Source: an uncultured delta proteobacterium (GTDB lineage: Bacteria > Desulfobacterota > WTBG01 > CAIYCZ01 > CAIRTM01). Taken from it: DNA of 64,000 bases. Both the position numbers and the translations under genes were made by a program. The stretch's first letter is position 1. Each line of letters begins with the position of its first letter. This document shows, in pieces, positions 54,480 to 64,000 of this stretch. Location of the stretch: NCBI GenBank assembly GCA_963804955.1, contig CAWDSQ010000007.1, positions 256,001 to 320,000 on the forward strand, written 5' to 3'. Below the pieces are notes generated by a model that was given only the letters and a program-made list of their open reading frames with translations, was not told the DNA's origin and did no database searches.

Positions 54480-54578
54480 AATTCTAACCTCCTTATATGT
54501 TTGAGTGCATGGTTTTGAGCGGGGATAGTATTTTGTATAGCATAAAAATGACGGCCGCCGCTGTCATATTATGAGTTA

Positions 54579-54620
54579 ACTATAGCCGACCCGGGCCCGA
54601 GAAACCTTGACGCAGGTCAA
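54579..54620 (-). promoter_or_regulatory. HcpR box and -10 element of the hcp operon
   Basis: Perfect TTGAC-GCAG-GTCAA at 54607-54620; TATAGT on the minus strand at 54584-54579. Confidence 0.85.
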
Positions 54621-54741
54621 AAGAAAGTGCTATTTTTCATACCCTGATAAAAATTCGCATCTGCAGTGCTTGCTGGAGAAAAGAAGGTCGAAAATCAGGC
54701 CGATAAACGTCTAAACTCTACTACTTAATAAGCAGCTACCC

Positions 54742-55431
54742 ATGGACATTGCAAAACAGCTCTCCCATATTCCTCTGTTTCAGGGCCTTGAGCCACAATA
54801 CCTGCAAACCCTTGCCCGCATCGCCGTCAAAAAGTTCTTCAAACGGGGTGAAACCGTATTTGCCGAAGGCGACCCCGGCACGGGTTTTCATATCATTACG
54901 ACGGGGCGTGTCAAAGTTTACAAAACCTCGCCCGACGGCAAGGAGCAGATCCTGCACATCATGAGCCAGGGAGAGCCTTTCGGCGAGGTGCCGGTATTCA
55001 CGGGCCAGCGTTTTCCAGCCTATGCCGAAGCTATCGCCGACACCTCTACGCTGTTCATACCCCGCAATGACTTTATCAATCTCATCCGCACCGAACCGTC
55101 GGTGGCGCTCAGCATGCTTTCCGTTCTCTCCCTTCGCCTCAAGCGCTTCACCAGCCTTATAGAAGATTTATCGCTGCGGGAGGTGCCGGGCAGGCTCGCC
55201 GCGTATTTATTATACTTAAGCGAGCGCGACAAGGGGACGGATGACATCAATCTTGAAATTTCCAAAACTCAGCTGGCAAGCATACTGGGCACAATACCCG
55301 AAACCCTCTCCCGCATTCTTGCCCGTATGACCAGGGAAGAAATCATTGAGTCCGACGACAAGCGGCATATCCGCATCTGCAACCGCACTGCCGTTGAAGA
55401 ACTTGCGGCCGGCGAGCGCCGGCTTGCCTGA
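54742..55431 (+). CDS. hcpR: Crp/Fnr-family regulator, HcpR-like
   Basis: cNMP-binding fold (GRVKVYK..DGKEQIL...FGE), HTH LGTIPETLSR; divergent from hcp. Confidence 0.85.
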   Translation: MDIAKQLSHIPLFQGLEPQYLQTLARIAVKKFFKRGETVFAEGDPGTGFHIITTGRVKVYKTSPDGKEQILHIMSQGEPFGEVPVFTGQRFPAYAEAIADTSTLFIPRNDFINLIRTEPSVALSMLSVLSLRLKRFTSLIEDLSLREVPGRLAAYLLYLSERDKGTDDINLEISKTQLASILGTIPETLSRILARMTREEIIESDDKRHIRICNRTAVEELAAGERRLA

Positions 55432-55567
55432 GCGCCCGGCCATGATGCCGTATTGACAGTGTTTGTTCCGTAGACTACAATGGAAAAAATCGCATCCGGC
55501 CCACCGTACATGCTCATGGTCTGTGACGTAGAGAAGCAAAAAAACTTTTTTTACGGGAGGTAGTGGT

Positions 55568-55855
55568 ATGCTGCGCATCATGGCGGTCATCACTCTGGCA
55601 ATCCTTATCGGGGCAAGCTGCTCGGATGAAAAAAACCCCGTTCGGGAATATGGCTCCACGCTCACCGGAGCAGTCAAAAAAGCTGAAAAAACAAAAGTCC
55701 TGGCCGATATGGTTACGATCAGATCTGAGATCATGCAATACAAAGCCGAAAATGGCGCATTCCCCCCAGGCCTGAATGATCTCAGAATGAAGGACATTGA
55801 TCCCGATCTCTACAATTATAATCCCGAAACGGGACAAGTTGCCCTGGCGAAGTAG
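55568..55855 (+). CDS. Small lipoprotein
   Basis: GGAGG RBS, IGASC lipobox. Confidence 0.7.
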   Translation: MLRIMAVITLAILIGASCSDEKNPVREYGSTLTGAVKKAEKTKVLADMVTIRSEIMQYKAENGAFPPGLNDLRMKDIDPDLYNYNPETGQVALAK

Positions 55856-56036
55856 CACTGCCATGTAACAGGCCCGAATGAAAAATGTGCTGTTTTGTGA
55901 AAAATTCAGGCATTCAGGATTTCTCCATCCCTGCGCGCGCTTAAAAGCGATGTACCCGTTACTGACACTTCAAAAACCCTTGCGGTTCCTGCTGTACAAC
56001 CCATAAAAATCTTTATTGAGATTTGCATCTGAATAC

Positions 56037-56199
56037 TTGACTAAAATCCTCTATGCCATGATAATAATGGATAGAATAATTTACTGTTTTACAGCCTGCT
56101 TTCAAAAAGAATATATATAGATATAGTCTTATTCCAACACAACAAAGAGATTACCGCTCCTGTTGTACAGTGAAGGCTGTAGCCGAGAGGGCGAAGCTG
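56037..56199 (+). promoter_or_regulatory. sigma70 promoter and leader motif, copy 1
   Basis: TTGACT-N17-GATAAT (56037-56065); TGTAGCCGAGAGGGCGAAGCTG (56178-56199). Confidence 0.7.
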
Positions 56200-56324
56200 C
56201 AAACACACCAGACAGGCCGGGATCGATCTCAATATAAAAACAACCAGAACAAATCATCGAACAATGCAATTCAACAAAGCGAGCTGTTCTCTGACGCTTA
56301 TATAATTTTTTTGTACTGCGAACT

Positions 56325-57230
56325 ATGTTTATAAAATTTAGAAACCATACTCTTGCGCTGTATAAAGACGAAAATTACAATTCCGCTTTTTCCGAAATGC
56401 TCGAAAGGGGACTCAGTCAAACCCCAAGCATCCTCTACGATGTTTCCATTTTCAATAAATTCAGTCGCATAGTTCATACCTATGCTGAAAGCCTGCCCGA
56501 AACGACGCTGCACATCGGACCGGGCGGCTCACTGGGCTGTGAAGTTCTCCTCTGCCTGAGCGGCATTAAAAAAGCATGGACCCTTGATCCATCCGCCTCT
56601 TTCACATTTAATCTAAGCACATTTTTCGCCGCGCTGCAGAAACTCTATACTGTTACAAACTCTCTTCAAACAATTCACAATTGCTCCGCCGCCCCCTTAA
56701 GCCTGCCTGCGCATTCCATGGAAACTGACGGCTCATACCGCATTGGTTCAAGCCTCATGCAGCATTTCCCGAACAGGACCTTTGAGAATACCGGATTGCA
56801 GAATGAATCCGTGGATTTTCTGTTTTCAAATGCAGTGCTGGAGCATGTGCGGGACCCCCTGCAATGCATCCGGGAAGCGCATCGGGTGCTCACAAAAAAA
56901 GGTCTTACTGCGCACCAGATAGACCTCCGCGATCACCGTGATTTCAGCAATCCGCTGCATTTTCTCCGCTACTCCGACAGTCAATGGCAGACTATAATGA
57001 AGAACTACTGTTCGCGCGATCCGCTACGCTACATGAACCGGTTGAGGGCTCAGGATTTTATCACCATTTTTGAAAGCGCAGGGTTTCGCATACGTGAGTT
57101 CACACCGAACGCGTCTGCATCCGATCAAACAGTCAACGATGCGCAAGCAAGCCTTGCCTCAAGCTTTACAAGGTATTCAGCAGATGAACTGAAAACAACA
57201 TCATGCTTTATAGTCGCTGAAAAACGCTGA
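56325..57230 (+). CDS. Class I SAM-dependent methyltransferase
   Basis: LHIGPG, VDFLFSNAVLEHV.DP, RVLTKKG, IDLRDH. Confidence 0.85.
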   Translation: MFIKFRNHTLALYKDENYNSAFSEMLERGLSQTPSILYDVSIFNKFSRIVHTYAESLPETTLHIGPGGSLGCEVLLCLSGIKKAWTLDPSASFTFNLSTFFAALQKLYTVTNSLQTIHNCSAAPLSLPAHSMETDGSYRIGSSLMQHFPNRTFENTGLQNESVDFLFSNAVLEHVRDPLQCIREAHRVLTKKGLTAHQIDLRDHRDFSNPLHFLRYSDSQWQTIMKNYCSRDPLRYMNRLRAQDFITIFESAGFRIREFTPNASASDQTVNDAQASLASSFTRYSADELKTTSCFIVAEKR

Positions 57231-57238
57231 AAGAGTGC

Positions 57239-57360
57239 TTGCAGGTTAAGCGGCTTCGCGGCATATGCGCTTGTGCCATTTTGGATGCAACCACGTGTGC
57301 GCTTTTCACTGCCCGTGACCGGTTCGGAAAAAAGCATCTTGCTTACATATGCAGAAAGAA
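57239..57360 (+). pseudogene. Asparagine synthase (AsnB-like) glutaminase-domain fragment
   Basis: RLRGICACAILD...LFTARDRFGKKHLAY resembles the AsnB pattern RLRGMFAFAIWD...LFLARDRFG.KPLYY. Confidence 0.6.
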
Positions 57361-57404
57361 CCGGGGTGATAGTATCACAGCCATAGTGTTTAATTGGTCG
57401 CGTT

Positions 57405-59138
57405 ATGGACATGCTGAGAAGGGTTTATAAAAACAATTTAATCAGACTGTTCATGCTCGCCCTTGTCTGTTCAGCATGCATACACGTGCGTGTGCCCGGC
57501 AATTATCCGTTCCTGCATCCTGCAAGAATACAAACCACCGTGCTTTCGCTGTACCTGTTCTTCCTGATCCTGCCCTGTTTATTCTTTTGTTTTAAGACGA
57601 TGTTCGGATCGGGCATTGCCTGGCTGTTTGCAATTTTTTTCATGCTGCTGTCTGTGTTTCCTTACAAATATTTTTACCGTCAGGAAACTGATCTTGCATC
57701 TATTTTCTTTGAACCTGTGCCGGACGCAGTTGGAGGCATAAACGGCTTTTTCTATATTTTCATTCTGTTTCTCGTCGCGGCAGCAGCTTTTCTCTATCGC
57801 AGCCTGCGGCAAACAAAAAAAGCGGTTCTGTGCAATCTGGACGGCAGAACATTCCTGGTGCTGTTTTTTCTTTTTTCCCTTTCGCTCCTGCAAATCATCC
57901 CCCGCCTCGGACAAAACTCACCCAAATGCGTTTTATATAATGCCCACAGGGCTGAACAGCCGTATGCCGTTGCAGGCGTTCCCTGTGAAAAATTTTACGG
58001 CTATCATTATTGCGGCTACGACGCCCTGCAGCATACGGTTCCGAGCGGATTCTTTAAAGGGGTCAGCACTGATGGCTACGGCGCCCTGGTCATCAATCGC
58101 CGCGGCCTCGGGCCGTATCTCTATTCGCACATAGCGCACTACATGAACCCCTACCTGGCTGCCATGGCCATCAACTGTTTTTTTTACTTCCTGATTATTG
58201 CCGGAGGCTTCTTCCTTGCCCGGCATATTACCGCAAGCAGCATAGTTGCCGTCTCTTTTTCCATTCTTCTGTCGGCCAACATGTATATAGTGTTCCAAAC
58301 AGTCGTGCCGTATTTTTACCTGCCCTATTGCGCATTTGTGCTTTTGATTATGTATCTGCTCTTTAAGCAGGATTTTTTTGGAGCGCCCCAGACAACCTCC
58401 GACACCCTCTTGTTTTTCTCCGTTCTTGCCTGCAGCGGATTGACCTATGATCCCTACCCGTTCAGCTCCATGCTGTTCTTCTGGGGGTTGTTTGTTTTTT
58501 GTGGAAAGTACCGTGCCGAGAGGGCAGCCGCAGACAAAGCCCTGCTTAAGGCCGTCATCTTTCCAGCTGTACCGATTTTAAGCCAGTATCTCTGGGAGAA
58601 CCTTTTAAAGTATTATGGGCTGCTCGGCGGCACTGATAACGTCAACGCGCGCAATGACCTTCTGGACAAGCTGCTCTTTCTGCCTGAATATATTTTCAGA
58701 AACTTCTGGGACTTTGCCGCTCTTGTCAATAAAAACGCCTATAGGCTTCTTGTTACAAACCCTGCAAGCAAAGATATTGAATACTGGCCGCTGTTGGGCC
58801 TGTTGGGTGTTGTCTCCCTGTTTGCATTCCTCCCCCGATATGTTGACAGGCGATATCTCAAAGGCCTGTATGCCTGTTATACTGCCAATTTTTCTATTGC
58901 GCTTGTGGCTTCTCTGGCTGCCGCCATACCGCCACAGATAAAATACGGCGATGCTTTTATCTCCGCCCTGAGATCAAACAACGCCTATCCCGTCCTGGTG
59001 CTGGCACAGAGCGCCGGCATCTGCTTGTGCGTCGATCTGTGCTTCGGCAGGCAGAGCGGCCGTTTGAGGAATATCGCAATCATAGGCTTGTCGCTTATTG
59101 TCTATGCATGTTCCTATGTGAAACTGCTTTTTACGTAA
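57405..59138 (+). CDS. Polytopic membrane protein (possible GT-C or polysaccharide modification)
   Basis: 577 aa with many TM segments, located in a polysaccharide locus. Confidence 0.7.
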   Translation: MDMLRRVYKNNLIRLFMLALVCSACIHVRVPGNYPFLHPARIQTTVLSLYLFFLILPCLFFCFKTMFGSGIAWLFAIFFMLLSVFPYKYFYRQETDLASIFFEPVPDAVGGINGFFYIFILFLVAAAAFLYRSLRQTKKAVLCNLDGRTFLVLFFLFSLSLLQIIPRLGQNSPKCVLYNAHRAEQPYAVAGVPCEKFYGYHYCGYDALQHTVPSGFFKGVSTDGYGALVINRRGLGPYLYSHIAHYMNPYLAAMAINCFFYFLIIAGGFFLARHITASSIVAVSFSILLSANMYIVFQTVVPYFYLPYCAFVLLIMYLLFKQDFFGAPQTTSDTLLFFSVLACSGLTYDPYPFSSMLFFWGLFVFCGKYRAERAAADKALLKAVIFPAVPILSQYLWENLLKYYGLLGGTDNVNARNDLLDKLLFLPEYIFRNFWDFAALVNKNAYRLLVTNPASKDIEYWPLLGLLGVVSLFAFLPRYVDRRYLKGLYACYTANFSIALVASLAAAIPPQIKYGDAFISALRSNNAYPVLVLAQSAGICLCVDLCFGRQSGRLRNIAIIGLSLIVYACSYVKLLFT

Positions 59139-59555
59139 TGAGCCTTCCTGCTGCGGAACAGACCGCATGAGCAGTATTAAAAATAAAAAAATCGCGCATT
59201 TTTATGGCTCATGCAGCTTATTGATGCCGCACTTTTCAAAAACTGTTTTATCCTCTACAGGTGTTGACCTGATTTTTGGGGCCGGACCGGTCTGATTTTT
59301 GACACCCGCCCGATCCCTGGATTTCTGCTGCCGATTGCAGAGCCACTGTGCAACCTTGCAGAAAGCATCCCCCTCCTGTCGGGAATTGCCGGATCATTAT
59401 ATTTCTCCGCCCGAATGCCGCTTCTGTAATCCTGTAAAAACTTTGCGCGGTGCCGGCTCGATCTCTATCGCATCAGGCCCTGTTACCAAATCCGTACAAG
59501 TTCGACATACGGGAAAAAGGTGCATGATTCAGCAGCGGGCCTTGAATGTTTTTAC

Positions 59556-59737
59556 TAGAGCATTTAACTATTTGCCGTAGCCATGCGCAGCGGTGAACTT
59601 TTGATTCGTTTGCCCGTGCTAAATTCTCGCATCAGAGCCATGCTATGGTGGAAGGTCAATCGCTCGAACCGCACGGGCTGCTCTCACCAAAAGCTCACCA
59701 CTGTGTTTTCGGCTATACTATTTTGTTAAATGCTCTA
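59556..59737. mobile_element. MITE family C (TA-flanked inverted ends)
   Basis: TAGAGCATTTAAC...GTTAAATGCTCTA perfect 13-bp IR; a solo end also at 24011-24023. Confidence 0.8.
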
Positions 59738-59832
59738 AAGATACAATACTTGGCAGGTCTCGAAAACCGGCGCTTTCAGCGTCATTGCCGAAGGTAGAAC
59801 AAATATGTATTTGTATTTCGTTATTTGAGTGC

Positions 59833-59992
59833 TTGACTAAAATTCACTCTACTATGATAATATTGATATAAAATAGTTTTAAGAAAACTGTATCTTCAGC
59901 AAAGCATGTACATCAGTAGGCTGATGCAGCGTGAACAGGATGCATCCCGATCCCTTTCGTGCCTAAACAGTGTAGCCGAGGGGGCGGAGCTG
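59833..59992 (+). promoter_or_regulatory. sigma70 promoter and leader motif, copy 2
   Basis: TTGACT-N17-GATAAT (59833-59861); TGTAGCCGAGGGGGCGGAGCTG (59971-59992). Confidence 0.7.
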
Positions 59993-60080
59993 TATGTACT
60001 TCTCCCCTGTTGCCCCATGATGCTCTGCAACTGGAACGGAGCGATTCTTTAAATTTAAAGTACTGGTTTAGAGTCCTTGC

Positions 60081-60935
60081 ATGGAAAAAAAGCTGCCGAT
60101 TACTGAATATACAGCGGAATCTAAAAATCAGCCATATGCAGCAATACTCCATTCCATGTGGCGGGATCTGCTTGACTCCCGCGAACTTTCATGGAGACTC
60201 ACCATTAAAGACATCCGCGCCCAGTACAGGCAGTCGCTGCTGGGCATTTTTTGGGCTTTCCTGCCGCCCCTTGTAACGGCTCTGATCTTTATTTTTCTCA
60301 ACAGCCGCAATATTGTCAATTTCGCTGACACGGATATTCCCTATCCGGTATTCGCGGTCTATGGCACTGTCCTGTGGCAGATTTTCGTTTATGGCCTGCA
60401 GGCCCCGTTGCGGGTTGTTGCCGAAGCAAAACCCATGCTTACGAAAATCAATTTCCCCCGGGAAGCTCTTATCTTATCCTGTTTCTGGCAATCGCTCCTC
60501 AATCTGCTTATTAAAACGGCCATTCTGGTGCCGGTGTTGATAATTTTCAATGTCCCACTGACATGGGGGCTGCCCTGTTCCCTGGCGGCAATGGTCGTTT
60601 TGACCCTCCTCGGCATGGCGATAGGGCTTCTCTTGACGCCCATCGGCCTGCTTTACTCTGATATTTCACACGGCTTGACCCTTTTCATAACCATATGGTT
60701 TTTTGCTACCCCCGCTGTCTACCCGCCGCCGGAGGGCCTGCCTTTTTCAATGCTTGCAACACTCAACCCGGTCAGCCCCGTGCTCATAGGCGCCAGGGAT
60801 CTCGCGACCCGCGGGGCGCTGCTCAACCCCGAAGCTTTTTTTATCGTAACCTCGCTGATGATCGCTCTGCTGATTGCGGCATGGATCATCTATCGCCTTG
60901 CCATGCCGATACTGATCGAAAGAATGAATGCATAG
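60081..60935 (+). CDS. wzm: Polysaccharide ABC transporter permease
   Basis: KDIRAQYRQSLLGIFWAFL.P, KINFPRE, FFATPAVYP, LNP. Confidence 0.9.
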   Translation: MEKKLPITEYTAESKNQPYAAILHSMWRDLLDSRELSWRLTIKDIRAQYRQSLLGIFWAFLPPLVTALIFIFLNSRNIVNFADTDIPYPVFAVYGTVLWQIFVYGLQAPLRVVAEAKPMLTKINFPREALILSCFWQSLLNLLIKTAILVPVLIIFNVPLTWGLPCSLAAMVVLTLLGMAIGLLLTPIGLLYSDISHGLTLFITIWFFATPAVYPPPEGLPFSMLATLNPVSPVLIGARDLATRGALLNPEAFFIVTSLMIALLIAAWIIYRLAMPILIERMNA

Positions 60936-60980
60936 CCCCCCTCCCCTGCTTAATAACGGAACATCGACGTACCAGCAGCC

Positions 60981-62180
60981 ATGCAGGAAAATGAGCCTTT
61001 TATAACAGTTGAACACGTAGGCAAAAAATTTTGCCGAAGCCTGAAAAAATCCCTTTGGTACGGCCTTCAGGATATTTATACCGAAGTGAGCGGCAGGCAG
61101 CGTTCGCATGATCTGCGCCCGGACGAGTTCTGGGCTCTTACGGATGTTTCATTCGAATTGCGCAGGGGGGAATGCCTGGGCGTTATAGGTCCGAACGGCT
61201 CAGGCAAGAGCACACTGCTTAAAATCATCAATGGCCTGCTCAGGCCGGACAGGGGCAGGATAATCGTTCGGGGCCGTACAGGCGCCTTAATTGAACTGGG
61301 GACGGGGTTCAACCCGATCCTGACCGGCAGGGAAAACATTTATAATAATGCAGCTGTCCTGGGCATACACAAGGCCGACATAGACAGGAAGCTTGACGAA
61401 ATAATCGATTTTGCCGAAATCAGAGAATTCATCGATACTCCTATTCAAAGCTACAGCTCCGGCATGAAAGTTCGGCTGGGGTTCGCCGTTGCAGCGCACC
61501 TGAAGCCGGACGTGATGCTCATCGATGAAGTGCTGGCGGTGGGCGATGTGGGGTTCCGCGCTAAATGTTATTTAAAGATATCAGAACTCATAGAAAACTG
61601 CGCTGTCATTTTTGTTTCGCACAACATGTCGCAGATAGCAAAGTTATGCAGCAAAGTGCTGGTGCTGGATCGCTGCAGGGGCATTTCACTGTCTGAACCG
61701 CCGCAGGGCATTGAGCGATACAACAGCCTGTTTCCGGACATGCAGACGGTCGTTGCGGGCACCGGCGAGGCAAAAATTGAGCAGCTGACGCTTCTTGACA
61801 GCCACAATCGATCGACAGAAACTTTCGCCTACAATGAGGCGATGCGCATACGGTTCAACCTGGAAGTGGCGGACTGCCATGAGGAATATGTCATATCGAT
61901 AACATTTATGAATGCCGATTCAAACCTCCTGGCGCAATGCCACTCACGCTACAATAATGTGACCTTGACGAACACAAAAAAACCGGGCACGGTTAGCGTC
62001 AGCATACAGAACCTTCCGCTGAACCCGGGAATATATTATATCAACATAATTGTTTTTGACAAAAACAACACGAAGCACCTGCTGTGGCTGTACAGCGCAA
62101 AAAAAATAATCGTTACAGGCGATTTCCATGGCGGAGCGCCAATACAGTTCAGTGCTGCATGGGAACAAACATCACAGTGA
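60981..62180 (+). CDS. wzt: Polysaccharide ABC transporter ATPase with C-terminal Wzt domain
   Basis: GPNGSGKST, YSSGM.VRLGFA, IDEVLAVGD. Confidence 0.92.
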   Translation: MQENEPFITVEHVGKKFCRSLKKSLWYGLQDIYTEVSGRQRSHDLRPDEFWALTDVSFELRRGECLGVIGPNGSGKSTLLKIINGLLRPDRGRIIVRGRTGALIELGTGFNPILTGRENIYNNAAVLGIHKADIDRKLDEIIDFAEIREFIDTPIQSYSSGMKVRLGFAVAAHLKPDVMLIDEVLAVGDVGFRAKCYLKISELIENCAVIFVSHNMSQIAKLCSKVLVLDRCRGISLSEPPQGIERYNSLFPDMQTVVAGTGEAKIEQLTLLDSHNRSTETFAYNEAMRIRFNLEVADCHEEYVISITFMNADSNLLAQCHSRYNNVTLTNTKKPGTVSVSIQNLPLNPGIYYINIIVFDKNNTKHLLWLYSAKKIIVTGDFHGGAPIQFSAAWEQTSQ

Positions 62181-63100
62181 CGACCGAGGCAGCATACTGC
62201 CCCTTCTGCGAGGGCGCATGCCGGTTTGTTTATAACATGCACGAGTATCGCATTTATAAATGTTTACGCTGCGGCACAGGCCGGGTTTCCCCAATGCCGG
62301 AGGCAGGCTTTTTGACCGGATACTATTCCGGTTTTTTGTTTGCAGCCAATAAAGAAAATTACCAGCCGGTGCTGGCCAGCGCAAAAAAGCTCTACCCGCT
62401 GCTGGGATTATCTCCGGGGGGAAACGCCAGCTTGCTTGACATAGGGGGCGGAGGCGGTTTTTACGCAAAAGCTTTTGAGGAACTCGGCTATGGGCGGAGC
62501 ACCTATGTCGATCTTGACAACAGGGCATGCGATTTTGCCAGGAATATCGGCTTAAGCACTGTGCTGCATGAAGATGCAGCCAGCCTGCGTTACAGCGGTA
62601 AAAAATATGACCTTATACTGTGCCGGCATCTTATTGAGCATTTGCCGAATCCTGCTCTCTTTATCATGGAAATCTTAAAGGCTCTTTCAAAAAAAGGCCG
62701 GCTGCTTTTGATGTGTCCAAACGGCAATTCCCTGGAATATCTTGCATATCCCCGCTCCAATATCACACTGCGGATCGATACGATCGGTCAATCAAGCCGC
62801 ATGGCCAAATCAAAGGTGATTCAACGGTTTCTTTGCGGCGATATCCTTCATGGCATAGATCCGCCGCGGCATCTGTGGGCAATCACGCAAAAGGGCATCC
62901 AGAGCCTCATTGATGGGACGCTCTATAAAGCAACTGTCACAACCCATCCCTTAACCGATATGATCTATTCTCCGTACTACAGGCCGGGCTCTTTGGGCGG
63001 CAGGGCTTACGATCTGTGCGGCACTTATTTTTTTGCAAAAATTCACGGGGGCACGCACTTAGTGTCGGTTATTGAAAAAAAACAATGCCCTTCACAATAA
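62177..63100 (+). CDS. Class I SAM-dependent methyltransferase with N-terminal Zn ribbon
   Basis: CPFC..CLRCG, LLDIGGGGG, HLIEHLPNP, PPRHLW; GTG start overlaps the wzt stop. Confidence 0.85.
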   Translation: MTTEAAYCPFCEGACRFVYNMHEYRIYKCLRCGTGRVSPMPEAGFLTGYYSGFLFAANKENYQPVLASAKKLYPLLGLSPGGNASLLDIGGGGGFYAKAFEELGYGRSTYVDLDNRACDFARNIGLSTVLHEDAASLRYSGKKYDLILCRHLIEHLPNPALFIMEILKALSKKGRLLLMCPNGNSLEYLAYPRSNITLRIDTIGQSSRMAKSKVIQRFLCGDILHGIDPPRHLWAITQKGIQSLIDGTLYKATVTTHPLTDMIYSPYYRPGSLGGRAYDLCGTYFFAKIHGGTHLVSVIEKKQCPSQ

Positions 63101-64000
63101 CAGAAATCACAAAAAACAATCTGTGCACCGGCTGCGGATTATGCGCTGCTGCATGCCCGGGAGAGCGCATTGCCATGGCATGGAGCCCCTCCTGCATATG
63201 GTCGCCCGCAATTTCCGCTTCCGGCTGTACGCACTGCGGCACGTGCTATGCATCATGCCCGCAATCGCCTGAGGTCATCGTAGAGTATGCCGCTCAGGCA
63301 GCGGTTGACGGGGAACGATACGGCTTGAAAAACGCCGATCACTTCATAAGTTTTGACCTCGATACAGACAGCCGCGTGAAAAGCTCTTCGGGCGGGGTTG
63401 TCTCACTGCTTCTGACCCGTCTTCTTGAATCACACGATATTGACGGAGTCCTCTGCTCAACCCCTCTGTGCGCCGGCGTCGGGGCGCCCCACTATAAACT
63501 CGATGTTATGACAACAGCCGGACAGATACACGGCTGCCGAAGCTCGCATTATCATCCGCTGACATATCACGAGGCTTTCAAGCACATAAAAAACAGCGGC
63601 GGCGCATATGCAGTGGTTGGCGTGCCCTGCGTGATCCGCGGAATAAAACTTCTTCCCCCTGCGCTGCGAAAAAAAATAAAATACACCATTGCCCTTGCAT
63701 GCAGCCACAATGTGACGGCAGCATTCATCGACCAGCTGGCCCTGCAGCAGGGCATCACGAAGAAAGAAATTTTTTCCGTTAATCTGAGGGAGAAGCTCAA
63801 CATCAGCGATGCCAGTAACTTTAATACTTTTTTCAAGCTTTCCGATCGTGAAATCCGAAAAAACAGGTTTCTTACGTCATTTACTGTGATGTGGAGAAAT
63901 TATTTTTTCGCTCTGGAGAGCTGCCTCTACTGCCCCGATTTTTATGGCGCCGATGGGGACCTCTCCGTAAAAGATGCCTGGGGGCGGCTCAGCAAAGACC
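63085..64000 (+). CDS. FrhB-like (F420 hydrogenase beta subunit family) Fe-S protein, frameshifted, runs off the window
   Basis: CTGCGLCAAACP, CTHCGTCYASCP, SSSGGVVS, AVVGVPC, SCLYCPD...DLSVKDAW. Confidence 0.8.
   Translation, partial: MPFTITEITKNNLCTGCGLCAAACPGERIAMAWSPSCIWSPAISASGCTHCGTCYASCPQSPEVIVEYAAQAAVDGERYGLKNADHFISFDLDTDSRVKSSSGGVVSLLLTRLLESHDIDGVLCSTPLCAGVGAPHYKLDVMTTAGQIHGCRSSHYHPLTYHEAFKHIKNSGGAYAVVGVPCVIRGIKLLPPALRKKIKYTIALACSHNVTAAFIDQLALQQGITKKEIFSVNLREKLNISDASNFNTFFKLSDREIRKNRFLTSFTVMWRNYFFALESCLYCPDFYGADGDLSVKDAWGRLSKD

Overview
This 64 kb window looks like DNA from an anaerobic deltaproteobacterium (Desulfobacterota-like; inferred from gene content). Many housekeeping genes carry single-base frameshifts, most likely long-read or assembly errors. 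Four zones are visible. (1) About 1.6-16.6 kb is an accessory island ending at tRNA-Asp/tRNA-Val. It holds terB, a thermonuclease, a BspA-type LRR protein, a receiver protein, PilZ, higBA, an interrupted relE-higA, Fic, an ARPP-1/DUF6569-like gene divergent from a WYL regulator, hicAB, MNT with a truncated HEPN, and an SBD-HNH nuclease. These modules are separated by short co-oriented motifs ending in (A/T)GTCCCC- or TGACCCC-like cores and by duplicated 3' ends of umuC (three copies) and of the WYL gene. One gene is cut exactly at such a motif and no recombinase is present. This cassette-array architecture is the best candidate for an undescribed system. (2) 16.9-34.8 kb is core genome: tRNA-Leu, tig-clpP-clpX-lon, ubiD/ubiA-type menaquinone genes, bioD and others, with nested MITEs and REPs. 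(3) 35-55.4 kb is a nitrosative-stress/nitrogen-oxide cluster: hcpR, hcp, ferredoxins, a tetraheme cytochrome-NrfC-NrfD-octaheme Hao-like module, a large multiheme cytochrome, a nitroreductase, a flavodiiron protein, a heme-c sensor and an HPP protein, with two correctly spaced HcpR/Fnr boxes. (4) 56-64 kb is a surface polysaccharide locus (wzm/wzt, methyltransferases, FrhB-like) with two paralogous promoter-leaders that share an ops/JUMPStart-like motif. All family assignments come from motif recognition by eye; no database search was run.
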